A program made the position numbers and the translations under genes. A stretch of DNA of 64,000 nucleotides. Origin: Anaerolineae bacterium (lineage in GTDB: Bacteria; Chloroflexota; Anaerolineae; JAADDB01). The notes under the pieces were generated by a model. That model ran no database searches. It saw only the letters and a list, made by a program, of their open reading frames with translations, and had not been told where the DNA came from. Positions 23,125 to 32,581 of the stretch are shown one piece after another. The first letter of the stretch is position 1; the number at the start of each line of letters is the position of its first letter. The stretch covers positions 25 to 64,024 of the forward strand of contig WFWT01000038.1 in the NCBI GenBank assembly GCA_015490995.1, in the 5' to 3' direction.

Positions 23125-24192
23125 TTAAGGGTTCGGTTTTTCGGTAGGGTTTATGATGTACTGGCGAACGCGTTCCACCAAGTGCTGAGGGATATCTTGG
23201 GCCGGCAGGATGACATGGTGCGCTTGCCGTTTGATGACCGCGCGGGGCATGCTACCGATGGGCGCCTCAGACGGGTCTTGTACAATGACGTACCCCCCGG
23301 CGTGGCGGATGCGCAAAGCCCCTTCGGCGCCGTCATCCCCCATGCCGGAAAGCACCACAGCAATGGCCCATGGTCCAAAGGCCGTCGCCGCGGACGAAAA
23401 CAGGACATCCGCGGAGGGACGGACGGTATCGGAAGAGGCGATAGCTATCGTGTGCACACGATAACGGGTTACTGTGAGATGATAATTGTCCGGTGCCAGG
23501 TAAATAGTGCCTGCCCGCAAAGGCATGTTGTGCTCTGCAATGGTTACGTGCAAGGGGGTAACTTCCTGTAGCCATCGTTGGGTCTCCTGGATCATGCCGG
23601 TGACAATGTGCTGTACCACCGCGATGGGCGCGGGGAAGGTGGCGGGCAAAGCGGCAAAGATTTTACGGAGGATAGGGGGGCCACCGGTAGAAGCGGCGAT
23701 GACCACGATCGGAAAGGGTGGCTGTGTTAGTGCCGTGGTAGCCGAGCCTCGAGATGTTGGACGTTCGTTCCGGAATCTCGGTGCCTGCGAGGCCACATGT
23801 CGGATGTAATGCACCAGTTCGTCCATGTGTTCTGGCCGCAGTCCTTTTTTCGGGATGACCAAACTAGCACCGGCCTGGCGCATAACGCGTTCCACCTCTG
23901 CCACGTCCAGCGAGGTCACGGCGATCACCGGTATGCCCATTTGCCGCGTGAGGCGAGCGCACACCTCTTCCCCTTCCATGTCGGGCAACACGATGTCCAA
24001 CACAACAACGTGTGGGCGGTGGGTGGCGGCCAGGGAGAGGGCCTCTTCCCCTGTGCCGGCCAGGCCCACCAGTTGAATGTCCTTGTAACGATGTAGGTTC
24101 TCCCGAAAGTACTTCTGGGCCAAGCGGGAGTCGTCCACCACCAGCACCCGGATGACCGGGGGTCTCGTTGTGTTCGATGATGTCGACATCAT
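23125..24192 (-). CDS. cheB: chemotaxis response regulator protein-glutamate methylesterase CheB
   Basis: A REC domain (VLVVDDS ... VVLDIVLPDMEG) is followed by the CheB methylesterase (IAASTGGP ... VLSGMGDDG). Confidence 0.95.
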   Translation of the reverse strand: MMSTSSNTTRPPVIRVLVVDDSRLAQKYFRENLHRYKDIQLVGLAGTGEEALSLAATHRPHVVVLDIVLPDMEGEEVCARLTRQMGIPVIAVTSLDVAEVERVMRQAGASLVIPKKGLRPEHMDELVHYIRHVASQAPRFRNERPTSRGSATTALTQPPFPIVVIAASTGGPPILRKIFAALPATFPAPIAVVQHIVTGMIQETQRWLQEVTPLHVTIAEHNMPLRAGTIYLAPDNYHLTVTRYRVHTIAIASSDTVRPSADVLFSSAATAFGPWAIAVVLSGMGDDGAEGALRIRHAGGYVIVQDPSEAPIGSMPRAVIKRQAHHVILPAQDIPQHLVERVRQYIINPTEKPNP

Positions 24193-24261
24193 TGTGTTCC
24201 TCCCGTTTATCCGGTGTGGATGAAGTGTGGCAAGGTGCTCCTATGTTGGGTTGAAGCGTCC

Positions 24262-25365
24262 TCAAGGCGAGTGGTTGATTTCCGCCGGTGGGCCTGATAC
24301 AGGCGTGAAGGTGGTCGTCTGTGTCGATGAGTTACAGTGTACGTGGGAGGCGATGGGCAGGGTAAAGGCGAAGATGCTCCCCCTCTCCGGGTGAGGTTCC
24401 GCCCAGAACGATCCACCGTGCCCTGCAATAAGTTGCTGTACGATGAACAAGCCCAGACCGGTGCCCTGTTGTGGTCGTGTGATGTCCTTGCTCTTGACAA
24501 ACGGGTGACCGATCGCGTGAAAGTCCTGCCAGGTGAGGCCGGGGCCAGTATCCTGAACCTGCACGCTCACCTCCGTTTCCGATACTTCAACCTCGATAGT
24601 AATCCGTCCCCCTGCCGGAGTGTACTTGATGGCATTACCCAGCAAGTTGTACAGGACCTGGCGGATATGAAAGGGAGCCGCGTGCACGGTTACAGGTGTG
24701 GTAGGAATGGCTAGATGGACGGTCACGCGCTGGCGCTGGGCCAGGCTGTCCATTTCCACCGCCACTTCTTGGATCAGCCGGACCAGGTCCAGGCGCTCGC
24801 GAGGGATGCCTTTACCAAATGGGCGTTCCTCCTGCATCGCCTGACGAATGAGGTGGTGTAGCGTGGTGACGCTGTAATGCATGTGTTCGAGGGCTTGACG
24901 TTGTTCCGCCGTTAGCGGACCGAGGTCCCCGCGCAGTAACATGGCACAATAGCCCAAGAGGCTGGTCAGAGGCGTTTGGGCGTCGTGGAACAGGAGCTGG
25001 CGGGTGGTTAATGCAAGGGGCCCTTGGTCAACGTGAAGGGACATGGTACGACCGATGAGAAGGACGTGATGGTCTCGGGATAACGGGGTGAGTGCTCGGA
25101 TGGCCCACTGTACCAGGTGCTCTTCCTTGTACGGCCCGCTGACAAACATGATGTGGGCACGCTGTAGCACCCGGTGTACGTAGCGTTGAAGCCAGGGGCA
25201 CCGTTCCCATAGACCGTGTGGTGCGACGTCTGGACTAAGGTGAAACTCGGAAAAGGCGCCGGCATTGGCCAAGACCACCTGTTCCGGTGTCATGACCGTA
25301 ACCCATTCTTCCAGGCTGTCGATTACCATCTGCCAGAAGGCAGGTGGACATGCTTGGCGGTTCAT
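24262..25365 (-). CDS. cytoplasmic sensor histidine kinase (N-terminal PAS/sensor-like domain, HisKA, HATPase_c) embedded in the che operon
   Basis: It has an H-box (FHDAQTPLTSLLGY), an N-box (LYNLLGNAIKYT) and G-boxes (QDTGPGL; GTGLGLFIV), and no TM segment. Its start overlaps the cheA stop at 25365. Confidence 0.9.
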   Translation of the reverse strand: MNRQACPPAFWQMVIDSLEEWVTVMTPEQVVLANAGAFSEFHLSPDVAPHGLWERCPWLQRYVHRVLQRAHIMFVSGPYKEEHLVQWAIRALTPLSRDHHVLLIGRTMSLHVDQGPLALTTRQLLFHDAQTPLTSLLGYCAMLLRGDLGPLTAEQRQALEHMHYSVTTLHHLIRQAMQEERPFGKGIPRERLDLVRLIQEVAVEMDSLAQRQRVTVHLAIPTTPVTVHAAPFHIRQVLYNLLGNAIKYTPAGGRITIEVEVSETEVSVQVQDTGPGLTWQDFHAIGHPFVKSKDITRPQQGTGLGLFIVQQLIAGHGGSFWAEPHPERGSIFAFTLPIASHVHCNSSTQTTTFTPVSGPPAEINHSP

Positions 25366-27428
25366 TAGAGTACCCTTTCAATGGTTTCCAATAATGTGCC
25401 CTGTTGGAAGTCCTGTTTTGTCAGGTACGCGCTGGCCCCCGCTTCCAGGCCGGCTTGAATTGTGGAAGGATCGGCGTCGGCGGAGAGGATGACCACGGGT
25501 ATGTGCTGCCAGCGGGGGTGGCTTTTTACACGACGGGTCAACGTAATGCCATCCATGCCGGGCATTCGGACATCGGTAAGGATGACATCCACCTGTTCGG
25601 TGTGTTCAAGGGTGTGCAGGGCTTCTTCGCCGCTGGCTACGGCGGTCACCCGGTATCCAGCGGCGGTCAGCACGCTGCGCAGGAGCTCGCGTGTGAGGAA
25701 GACGTCATCTACAACCAGAACATGGGGGGCAGGGCGAGTAGTGAGTGTGCTTTCCGGCGTTCCTCCAGCTGTGACCGCGACCTGGGCGGTGGGGGTTTCC
25801 AGCAGGGTATCGATGTCCAAGACAAAGGTGACCGAACCGTCCCCCAGGATAGCGGCTGCTTGGACGCCGGGCGCACCTGCCAGCAGGGGAGGCAGAGGAT
25901 ATAAGGCTAGGGTGAGCATATCCGTCACCCGGCCGTCAGTAAGGGCTATTAGGCCGCGTCGGCTACGTACAATGAGCACGTGCTGTCCCGGCTCATGGGT
26001 GGGATACCACCGGTGCAGGGAAAGGAGAGGGATGACCGCTTCCTGCCAGCGAAGGTACGGGTGGTCATCTCCGGTGAGGACGTGGACTTGGTCGGTGCGG
26101 AGTACACCGACCACGTGACTGCGCAACACGCCCAGGGACCAAGGGCCTACTTTCAGAAGAAGCACCTGGGCCAGGGAGAGGTTTAAGGGCAAGCGCAGGG
26201 TTATGGTAGTCCCCTGCTGAGGGGTCGATTGGATGTCCACCGTGCCACCCAGGCGACGCACCGTTGTGGCTACCACGTCGAGACCGACCCCGTGGCCGCT
26301 GTACATGGTGACCTCTTGCCGGGTGCTGAGCCCGGGATGAAAGAGCAAACGGAGAATCTGATCCGGGGACAGGCGGGAAGCATCCGCCGGTGAGACCAGC
26401 CCTTGGGCTACCGCTTTTTCCAAGACGCGCTGGTGATCGATGCCGCGACCATCGTCCTTCACCTGGATTTGCACTTCGATGTGTTCCAAGCGAGCGCTGA
26501 CCACAATGTGTCCGTCCTCCGGTTTGCCCAGCCGGTGACGTTCCTCAGGGGGTTCAATGCCGTGATCTACCGCGTTGCGCAGCAGGTGGGTGAGCACGTC
26601 CTGTAGCGGGCCCAAGAGATCTCTGTCAATAAGGGTGTCTTCTCCTTCAATGGTGCATCGCACGCGTTTGCCTAAGGCGTGGGCTGCTTCGTGCACGGTG
26701 CGCAGGATGGTTGTACGGAGCAGGTGGAAGGGGACGAGCCGGAGATTGAGCACTTCCCCCTCCAGTTGCTGGAGGGTTATTGTCATATCGGCCAGGATAT
26801 CCCGTACCTCGCGATACCATTGTTCCGGCGCGACACCATCGCCGGACGACGGTTTTGACCGATCGGTACTCAGCAGCGTCTGACTTTGGGCGCACGTCGT
26901 TAGCAAGCGCATGTGCTGAACGTGCAAGTACCGGCTGAGTGCGGTGAGGTGGTTCACCTGTTCGGCACGGACGGTCAGAACGTCGGCCTTTTGTATGGTG
27001 TCCCGGTCCATGACGGTTGCGGGCGTTGAGATGGGGGAGGATGAGGGTGTCCCTTGGGGAGGTGGGGGAGAGGCCTCTGTGGCGTCCGGGCGATGGGCCG
27101 TGAGGGCCTGCCGCATCTGATCGGTCAGCTGTAGCAGTTGGTTGATGAGCTCTGGGGTAATGGGTTGCTCGTCCGTGTGAAGGGCGCGTAGCAGCTCTTC
27201 GGCCTGGGCTGCCGTGGTTGCCATCTCTTCCAGGCCCATCATCCGGGCAGCCCCTTTGATGGTGTGGGCCGCGCGGAACAGTTCCTGGAGCACCGGGCCT
27301 GGCTCCGGCGTGTCCTTCAGGGTGAGCAGGCCTTCTTCCAGGGTTTCCAGGTGGCCCTGGACCTCGGCCTCAAACTCTGGCCAGAAGGCGCTGAGGTCCC
27401 AGTCACCCATAGTGGGTTGTTGGGTCAT
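25365..27428 (-). CDS. cheA: CheA-CheY hybrid histidine kinase (Hpt-P3-P4-P5-REC; FrzE-like)
   Basis: It has an N-terminal Hpt (RAAHTIKGAARMMG), a HATPase (HLLRNAVDHGIE ... GHGVGLDV), a CheW-like P5 domain and a C-terminal receiver (VLVVDDVFLTR ... ILTDVRMPGMDG). Confidence 0.9.
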   Translation of the reverse strand: MTQQPTMGDWDLSAFWPEFEAEVQGHLETLEEGLLTLKDTPEPGPVLQELFRAAHTIKGAARMMGLEEMATTAAQAEELLRALHTDEQPITPELINQLLQLTDQMRQALTAHRPDATEASPPPPQGTPSSSPISTPATVMDRDTIQKADVLTVRAEQVNHLTALSRYLHVQHMRLLTTCAQSQTLLSTDRSKPSSGDGVAPEQWYREVRDILADMTITLQQLEGEVLNLRLVPFHLLRTTILRTVHEAAHALGKRVRCTIEGEDTLIDRDLLGPLQDVLTHLLRNAVDHGIEPPEERHRLGKPEDGHIVVSARLEHIEVQIQVKDDGRGIDHQRVLEKAVAQGLVSPADASRLSPDQILRLLFHPGLSTRQEVTMYSGHGVGLDVVATTVRRLGGTVDIQSTPQQGTTITLRLPLNLSLAQVLLLKVGPWSLGVLRSHVVGVLRTDQVHVLTGDDHPYLRWQEAVIPLLSLHRWYPTHEPGQHVLIVRSRRGLIALTDGRVTDMLTLALYPLPPLLAGAPGVQAAAILGDGSVTFVLDIDTLLETPTAQVAVTAGGTPESTLTTRPAPHVLVVDDVFLTRELLRSVLTAAGYRVTAVASGEEALHTLEHTEQVDVILTDVRMPGMDGITLTRRVKSHPRWQHIPVVILSADADPSTIQAGLEAGASAYLTKQDFQQGTLLETIERVL

Positions 27429-27506
27429 CGGATGCTCCTTACCCTTTACGCGGTCCTCACGGTGTGGTGTGGACCTCCTGCATCCGTGCTTTCGATAAAA
27501 GGGCGC

Positions 27507-28901
27507 CTACAAGCCCATGCGGGGCATGAGCGCGACCAGCGCATCCAGGGACTCGGCCGTCTGGACGTTTTGATGGCTGATGTCTGCCAGTCGATGGGTG
27601 ACCTGGGACAGGTCGTTCATGCTCGCGCGCATTTCCTCACTTACGGACGCCAGTTCTTCCGCTACGGTGCGGAGCTCCTGAGCGGCAATGGCGATGTCTT
27701 CGAAACTATCGACCATTTGTTTGAGATGGTTGCGGGCGGTCTGTGCTTGCTGGCCGAGCTCTTCTGCCCGCTGGACACCACTTTCCAGGCTTAGAACAAC
27801 GTTCTGGAGGCCTTGCTGCAGATCGGGAATAATGCGCCGTACTTCGCCGCTGGCCTTCAACACGTCCTCGGCCAGTCGGCGGATCTCCGCCGCGATGGCA
27901 CCGAAACGCTGGCCGTGCTGGCCGGCACTGGCGGCCTCGATAGAGGCGTTCAACGCGATAAGGTGTGTGTCGTCGCTAATGCGCTGGATGATTTCCACAA
28001 TTTCGCCGATGCGCTGGGATTGTTCGCCCAGGTGCACCATCTGGCGGGCCAAGTCTTGCATGCTGGTGCCCAGATGAACAAGCTGGTCCAGGATGGTGCC
28101 GATGAGTTGGCCTCCTTCCCGGGCTTCCTGGGTGGCATGCTCCACCACATCGTTCAGTTGACGGCTGTGGGTTGTCAGGCGTTCCGCGGTGCGTGCCAGC
28201 TCCTCCGCGGTGGCGGAGATCTCCTGCACTGCGGAGGCCTGTTGTTGGACAGAGGTGGCCACCATCTGGTTGGCCTCGGTCAAGCTGGTGGTTTCCTGAC
28301 GTACCAGTTGGCCGATCAAGCCGAAGGTTTCCATGAGGTAGTCCGCGTAGGCGTGTACTGTGCCCACCATGGCGAGGGGATACACCAGGGCAATGGTCAG
28401 GTTGCCCACAAAGGCCGCCTGATCGTCCAAGTCAATGAAAGGGCCTATTCCCAGCGCTTCTATCCCCGCGGCCAGAAGCACGGTCAGGACCGTCACACCC
28501 GCAGGGATGAGGGCCATTTGGGGGGTGAAGAGCAGCGCGAAAAGGAGGATGGTCCAAGTGGTAAACGCGGCCATGATGCCAAACTGGATGCCATACACAA
28601 GGGTGCTCAGGGCCAGACCGATGAGCGTGCTCCAGCAGATGATGTAGCGGGCAATGGCCAGGCGGGTGCCCGCGCGCCAGTAGGCAAACACGTTGAGCAG
28701 GGCGACGGTGGCGGGAATGACAGCCCACAAGAGGATGTCCCGACGCCCGGTGGTCACGCCGTAGATGACGGCCACCACCGCGGTGAGAAAGGGCGCGATG
28801 GCCGCTACCAGGGCCAGCGCGCGCACCCGGCGCTGGCGGCGTTCCCACAGTTCTGTACGGTCCAGCAACATCTCCATAAGTTGCGCACGGTCGCTTTTCA
28901 T
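27507..28901 (-). CDS. methyl-accepting chemotaxis protein with a 6-TM N-terminal region and no periplasmic or HAMP domain
   Basis: The MCP signalling domain is present (IGEIVEIIQRISDDTHLIALNASIEAASAG) and the N-terminal ~200 aa form about 6 TM helices. The start was refined to MKSDRAQL, which overlaps (ATGA) the stop of the upstream cheW-like gene; the track ORF extends to 28991. Confidence 0.88.
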   Translation of the reverse strand: MKSDRAQLMEMLLDRTELWERRQRRVRALALVAAIAPFLTAVVAVIYGVTTGRRDILLWAVIPATVALLNVFAYWRAGTRLAIARYIICWSTLIGLALSTLVYGIQFGIMAAFTTWTILLFALLFTPQMALIPAGVTVLTVLLAAGIEALGIGPFIDLDDQAAFVGNLTIALVYPLAMVGTVHAYADYLMETFGLIGQLVRQETTSLTEANQMVATSVQQQASAVQEISATAEELARTAERLTTHSRQLNDVVEHATQEAREGGQLIGTILDQLVHLGTSMQDLARQMVHLGEQSQRIGEIVEIIQRISDDTHLIALNASIEAASAGQHGQRFGAIAAEIRRLAEDVLKASGEVRRIIPDLQQGLQNVVLSLESGVQRAEELGQQAQTARNHLKQMVDSFEDIAIAAQELRTVAEELASVSEEMRASMNDLSQVTHRLADISHQNVQTAESLDALVALMPRMGL

Positions 28902-29320
28902 GACGCCTCGCGTGTCTCGGGGATCATTGTGTTCTGAGGACGGCTCGACCAGAGTCGACGGGCGATGTATCGACTTAACAGGGGTACCCATCGGTCACCC
29001 TCCTGTACAAATCCCACCACACTGTGACGTTGTGCCCACCCCTGCAACAGAATGGGCACCGGACACACTTGGGTAAGGGGTATCCACTGCACTTCGTGGG
29101 CGCTGTGGACGGGCAACGCTTGTGGGGGGACATCCCGCCACCACACCCACCACAAACATTTTTCCAAAGAGACAGGCCATGGCAACCACAGGTGGTCCGC
29201 TGCCTGTGGGCGAGCAGGTTCCACCCGTTCGATTTCCAAGACGGGCAGGAAAACCGTGTGGATACGGCCGTTGATGGGCAGTGTGCAACGTAGAAATCCC
29301 AAAGGTTCAAACATAGACAT
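28898..29320 (-). CDS. divergent CheW-like coupling protein (FrzB-like?)
   Basis: It has the size and position of a second CheW (140 aa) and weak resemblance to the CheW fold (FEPLGFLRCTLPINGRIHTVFLPVLEIERV). The canonical CheW motifs are poorly conserved, so this call rests mainly on position. Confidence 0.45.
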   Translation of the reverse strand: MSMFEPLGFLRCTLPINGRIHTVFLPVLEIERVEPARPQAADHLWLPWPVSLEKCLWWVWWRDVPPQALPVHSAHEVQWIPLTQVCPVPILLQGWAQRHSVVGFVQEGDRWVPLLSRYIARRLWSSRPQNTMIPETREAS

Positions 29321-29822
29321 GGGCTGCTCTCCGTAACAGTGCAGGCACGTCCACCACGTCGACGGTGTGTTCGGGGGTGTCTAATGGCCACCCATATCGC
29401 CCACAGATCAGCGCGTTCTCCTCGGCGTCGCTTGTCGCAACCGTGGCTTCCGGCACGGTGTACATGCCCAAGACCGCATGGGCGAGGGCCACGGCTTCCA
29501 ATTCCTCATGGGCCAACAGGACACCATAATAGGAACCGTCTATGGGCAGCGGGGAGGTCCCGAGAAGTGGGCCGATGTCCAGTACCGGGACAATGCGGCC
29601 TTCCACATGCGTCGCGCCGGGCAGGACAGGATGTCCGCCGGGAAGGACGGTAATGCGCACGTCGCGAATCACCTGCCGGGTATGCGGTAAGGGATAGGCC
29701 AGCAACCGTTCGCCATACCGTACTATGACGTACGTGGCTTCGGCCGCTGACGTCTCCTCAGATGTTTCAGAAGAGGTGTGGCCGTGACTGAGCCAACGTT
29801 CAAGCGCGTCCAAACCTTCCAT
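29307..29822 (-). CDS. cheW: chemotaxis coupling protein CheW
   Basis: The CheW-like domain reads YVIVRYGERLLAYPLPHTRQVIRDVRITVLPGGHPVLPGATHVEGRIVPVLDIGPLL. Confidence 0.8.
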   Translation of the reverse strand: MEGLDALERWLSHGHTSSETSEETSAAEATYVIVRYGERLLAYPLPHTRQVIRDVRITVLPGGHPVLPGATHVEGRIVPVLDIGPLLGTSPLPIDGSYYGVLLAHEELEAVALAHAVLGMYTVPEATVATSDAEENALICGRYGWPLDTPEHTVDVVDVPALLRRAAHVYV

Positions 29823-30114
29823 TCGGCTCTATCCTCCTCTTGAACCTTGCAAAACCCATGTAATTTGTGGCGGGTTGACCGGCAAATCCTCGTCCGCAGA
29901 AAAACCCTTCTCCCTCCACCCTCCCCGTACGTCCCCTTCCAAGGACAACGTTTTGTCAGTTCATCAGAATGTGTGGTGGTCGGTAAGATATGACGCCTAA
30001 TTTCCATTAAAGACGCGATTTCCCGTCCACACAATAGGCTTTTTGTACTGGGGATCGGTCATGGGCCGTGGTCGATCACTTTACCTAGTGAGGTAGGGGT
30101 ATTCTCCAGGGCGA

Positions 30115-30126
30115 GTGTGGTATAAT
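30115..30126 (+). promoter_or_regulatory. putative extended -10 promoter element (TGnTATAAT) for the substrate-binding protein gene
   Basis: The sequence gtgtggTATAATgag lies ~15 nt upstream of the GTG start at 30141. The -35 is weak. Confidence 0.3.
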
Positions 30127-30140
30127 GAGCCCTTGGTGAG

Positions 30141-31571
30141 GTGGATGGCTTTGCGCAAGGCAGCAGAGAGGCGGCGTACATCTCCGGGGAAAGCACATTG
30201 ATCACCAACCGGTCTGCGAGGAGGGACAACAACCGGGCCCGCCGGGCGCTGCCGTGGGTTGGACTGGTGTGGGGTCTCCTGGCGCTGCTGGTTGCAGCCT
30301 GTAGTCGGCCTCAATTCCCCAACCCACTGTCCGCACCCACCTCCACGCCTACCCCTACCCCTTTTCCCACGCCGACGCCGGTACCGGTTCCGGCGGAGGA
30401 TGCCCAGACTCCTACGCCTACGCCTATCACGTTAATCTGGTGGACCCCGCGATGGTTTTCGCCCGAAGGCGAAGATCCGGCTGCCCGTTTCATTGCCGAG
30501 CAAATTGCCCGCTTTGAGGAGCAATATCCAACGGTTCGGGTACACACGTTGGTGAAGCGAACTCGCGGTAAAGGGAGCGTGCGCGACTATTTGGAAGGGG
30601 CATACAAGGTGGCGCCCGCGCTGTTGCCCGATGTCGTGACGGTTAACATGGAGGATATCCCGACCCTGAGCGGCCTGGGCATTTTTCAACCGCTGTCCGC
30701 GCTTCTGCCTCCGGAAGCCGTTGACGGTCTTTATCCTGTGGCCCGCACCGCGGGGATGTGGGGGGACGAGTGGCTGGCCGTGCAGTTCGAGGCGGATTTT
30801 TACCACGTGGTATACTGGCAAGAGCGGTGGGCGGCACCCCCTGCCACCTGGGACGCGGTCCTGAACAGCGAGATGCGATATCTCCCCCTCCTCTTTTCTC
30901 CCGAGGTGGAGGGGGAGGTCGCGGATCCTGTGCTGTTGCAGTACGCGGCGGCGGGCGGCGCGCTGCCTACTACCGAACTTGTTCCCTTGAACGAAGCCGC
31001 TTTGTTGAGCCTGTTTAACTTTTACGATCAGGCGATGCGGCGGGGGGTAATCACCACAACCGTCGCCAGTCTGGCCGATCCAGATACCCTCTGGGAGGCC
31101 CTGCTCAAACAGCAGGCGGACATGGTGGACATTGCGGCCCGGCGGTACGTGCAAGATGGGTTGGCCCGGGGAGAGCTGGCCGTGGCTTCCCTCCCCACCT
31201 GGGATGGTAAAGGGCGGGCCTTAGTGCGAGGATGGGGTCTGGCCATTACCACCGGTATTGCAGAACGCCAGCAGGCTGCTGCCTTGTTCGTGGCGTGGTT
31301 GCTCCGACCGGAGGTACTTGGGCCATGGAGCCAATATGCGGCGCGCGTGCCCTTGCACCCTGACGCGTTGCAAGCCTGGAACGCGCCTGCCCCTTATGTG
31401 CAGATGACCGATGCCCTCCTGCGCAATGCACAGCCGTATCCTCGACATGCCGCGCTCACTGCCCTCCGTCGCGCCTTGGCAGTGGGCCTGAAAGCGCTGT
31501 TAAACGAAGGAGTAACCCCCGAAGAGGCTGTAGAACGCACTCGTGAGGCCTACACCCCACCTCAGTATTGA
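30141..31571 (+). CDS. ABC transporter extracellular solute-binding lipoprotein with a PT-rich linker
   Basis: A signal peptide plus lipobox (LLALLVAAC|S) is followed by the linker PTSTPTPTPFPTPTPVPVP ... TPTPTP and a family-1 SBP fold. It uses a GTG start with a GAGGTGG RBS. Confidence 0.8.
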   Translation: MDGFAQGSREAAYISGESTLITNRSARRDNNRARRALPWVGLVWGLLALLVAACSRPQFPNPLSAPTSTPTPTPFPTPTPVPVPAEDAQTPTPTPITLIWWTPRWFSPEGEDPAARFIAEQIARFEEQYPTVRVHTLVKRTRGKGSVRDYLEGAYKVAPALLPDVVTVNMEDIPTLSGLGIFQPLSALLPPEAVDGLYPVARTAGMWGDEWLAVQFEADFYHVVYWQERWAAPPATWDAVLNSEMRYLPLLFSPEVEGEVADPVLLQYAAAGGALPTTELVPLNEAALLSLFNFYDQAMRRGVITTTVASLADPDTLWEALLKQQADMVDIAARRYVQDGLARGELAVASLPTWDGKGRALVRGWGLAITTGIAERQQAAALFVAWLLRPEVLGPWSQYAARVPLHPDALQAWNAPAPYVQMTDALLRNAQPYPRHAALTALRRALAVGLKALLNEGVTPEEAVERTREAYTPPQY

Positions 31572-31586
31572 AGCTCAGTATTGAAG
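31561..31586 (+). repeat. perfect 13-bp tandem duplication (ctcagtattgaag x2) spanning the stop codon of the SBP gene
   Basis: Seen directly in the sequence: cacctCAGTATTGAAGCTCAGTATTGAAGcat. Confidence 0.5.
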
Positions 31587-31732
31587 CATAGGTGCCGTAC
31601 AAGCTTCGTGTGCCGGATATTCAAGCCCACACGTGGACGGCTGGCCAGGATGCGTGAACCGGGTGACCACGGTAAACTATGACGGCAGGGTGATGGAGAG
31701 AACCGACCGGTACAAGGGGAGGAAAAGCGGGT

Positions 31733-32578
31733 ATGGTCGTTCGGCGCCCTGATGTGTTGTCGTTACTGGATATCGACCCGGAGCTCGTCACCCGCATTCT
31801 TGTCCATTTCATCCGGGAGGAGATCACCAAGGTGGGCCTGCAGCGAGCCGTAGTGGGAGTCTCCGGGGGCATTGATTCCGCGACGACCTGTGCCCTGTGT
31901 GCTCGTGCCCTGGGTCCGGAAAACGTGTTGGCCGTGCGTATGCCTTACCGCACGTCCAGCCCCGCGAGTCTCGAGGATGCCATGGCCGTCATCGAGATGC
32001 TGGGGGTCCAGCATGAGACGGTGGATATCACCCCGATGGTGGAACCGTTGTTCAACATCACGCCGGACATGGACCATCGGCGACGGGGCAACGTGATGGC
32101 CCGACAGCGGATGATCGTCCTTTACGATCGTTCCGCGGCCTTTGAGGGGCTTGTGGTCGGCACGGGTAACAAAACGGAATTGCTCTTGGGGTATACGACG
32201 CTATACGGCGACTCCGCGTGCGCCATTAATCCCCTGGGTGATCTCTACAAGCGTCAGGTGCGCCAACTGGCAGCGTACCTTGGCGTTCCGGAACAAATTA
32301 TCCATAAGCCCCCCACCGCGGACCTGTGGGTCGGACAGACGGATGAGGGAGAACTGGGATTTACTTATGATGAGGCGGATCAGATTCTGTACCTGATCTA
32401 CGACGCACGCTGGACGGTGGAGGACGTCATCGCGCTGGGATTTCCGGAGGCCTTGGTACGGGGCATTGTGGAACGCGTTCGTCGAAACCAGTACAAGCGT
32501 ATGCCGCCGGTCATCGCCAAACTTAGCCAGCGGACGGTGGGCGTTGACTTCCGTTATCCTCGCGATTGGGGATACTGA
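31733..32578 (+). CDS. nadE: NH3-dependent NAD+ synthetase
   Basis: It has the PP-loop GVSGGIDSA and the pattern GTGNKTELLLGYTTLYGD. Confidence 0.9.
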   Translation: MVVRRPDVLSLLDIDPELVTRILVHFIREEITKVGLQRAVVGVSGGIDSATTCALCARALGPENVLAVRMPYRTSSPASLEDAMAVIEMLGVQHETVDITPMVEPLFNITPDMDHRRRGNVMARQRMIVLYDRSAAFEGLVVGTGNKTELLLGYTTLYGDSACAINPLGDLYKRQVRQLAAYLGVPEQIIHKPPTADLWVGQTDEGELGFTYDEADQILYLIYDARWTVEDVIALGFPEALVRGIVERVRRNQYKRMPPVIAKLSQRTVGVDFRYPRDWGY

Positions 32579-32581
32579 GCG

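Noticed and set aside
27813-28937. 374-aa plus-strand ORF inside the MCP gene
   Set aside because: It is an antisense shadow ORF. Its translation is Gly/His/Arg-rich low complexity, while the MCP on the opposite strand is strongly supported.
29723-30034. 103-aa minus-strand ORF in the cheW-SBP intergenic region
   Set aside because: It overlaps the cheW start and the promoter region, and has no RBS or recognisable fold. It is more likely a non-coding divergent regulatory region.
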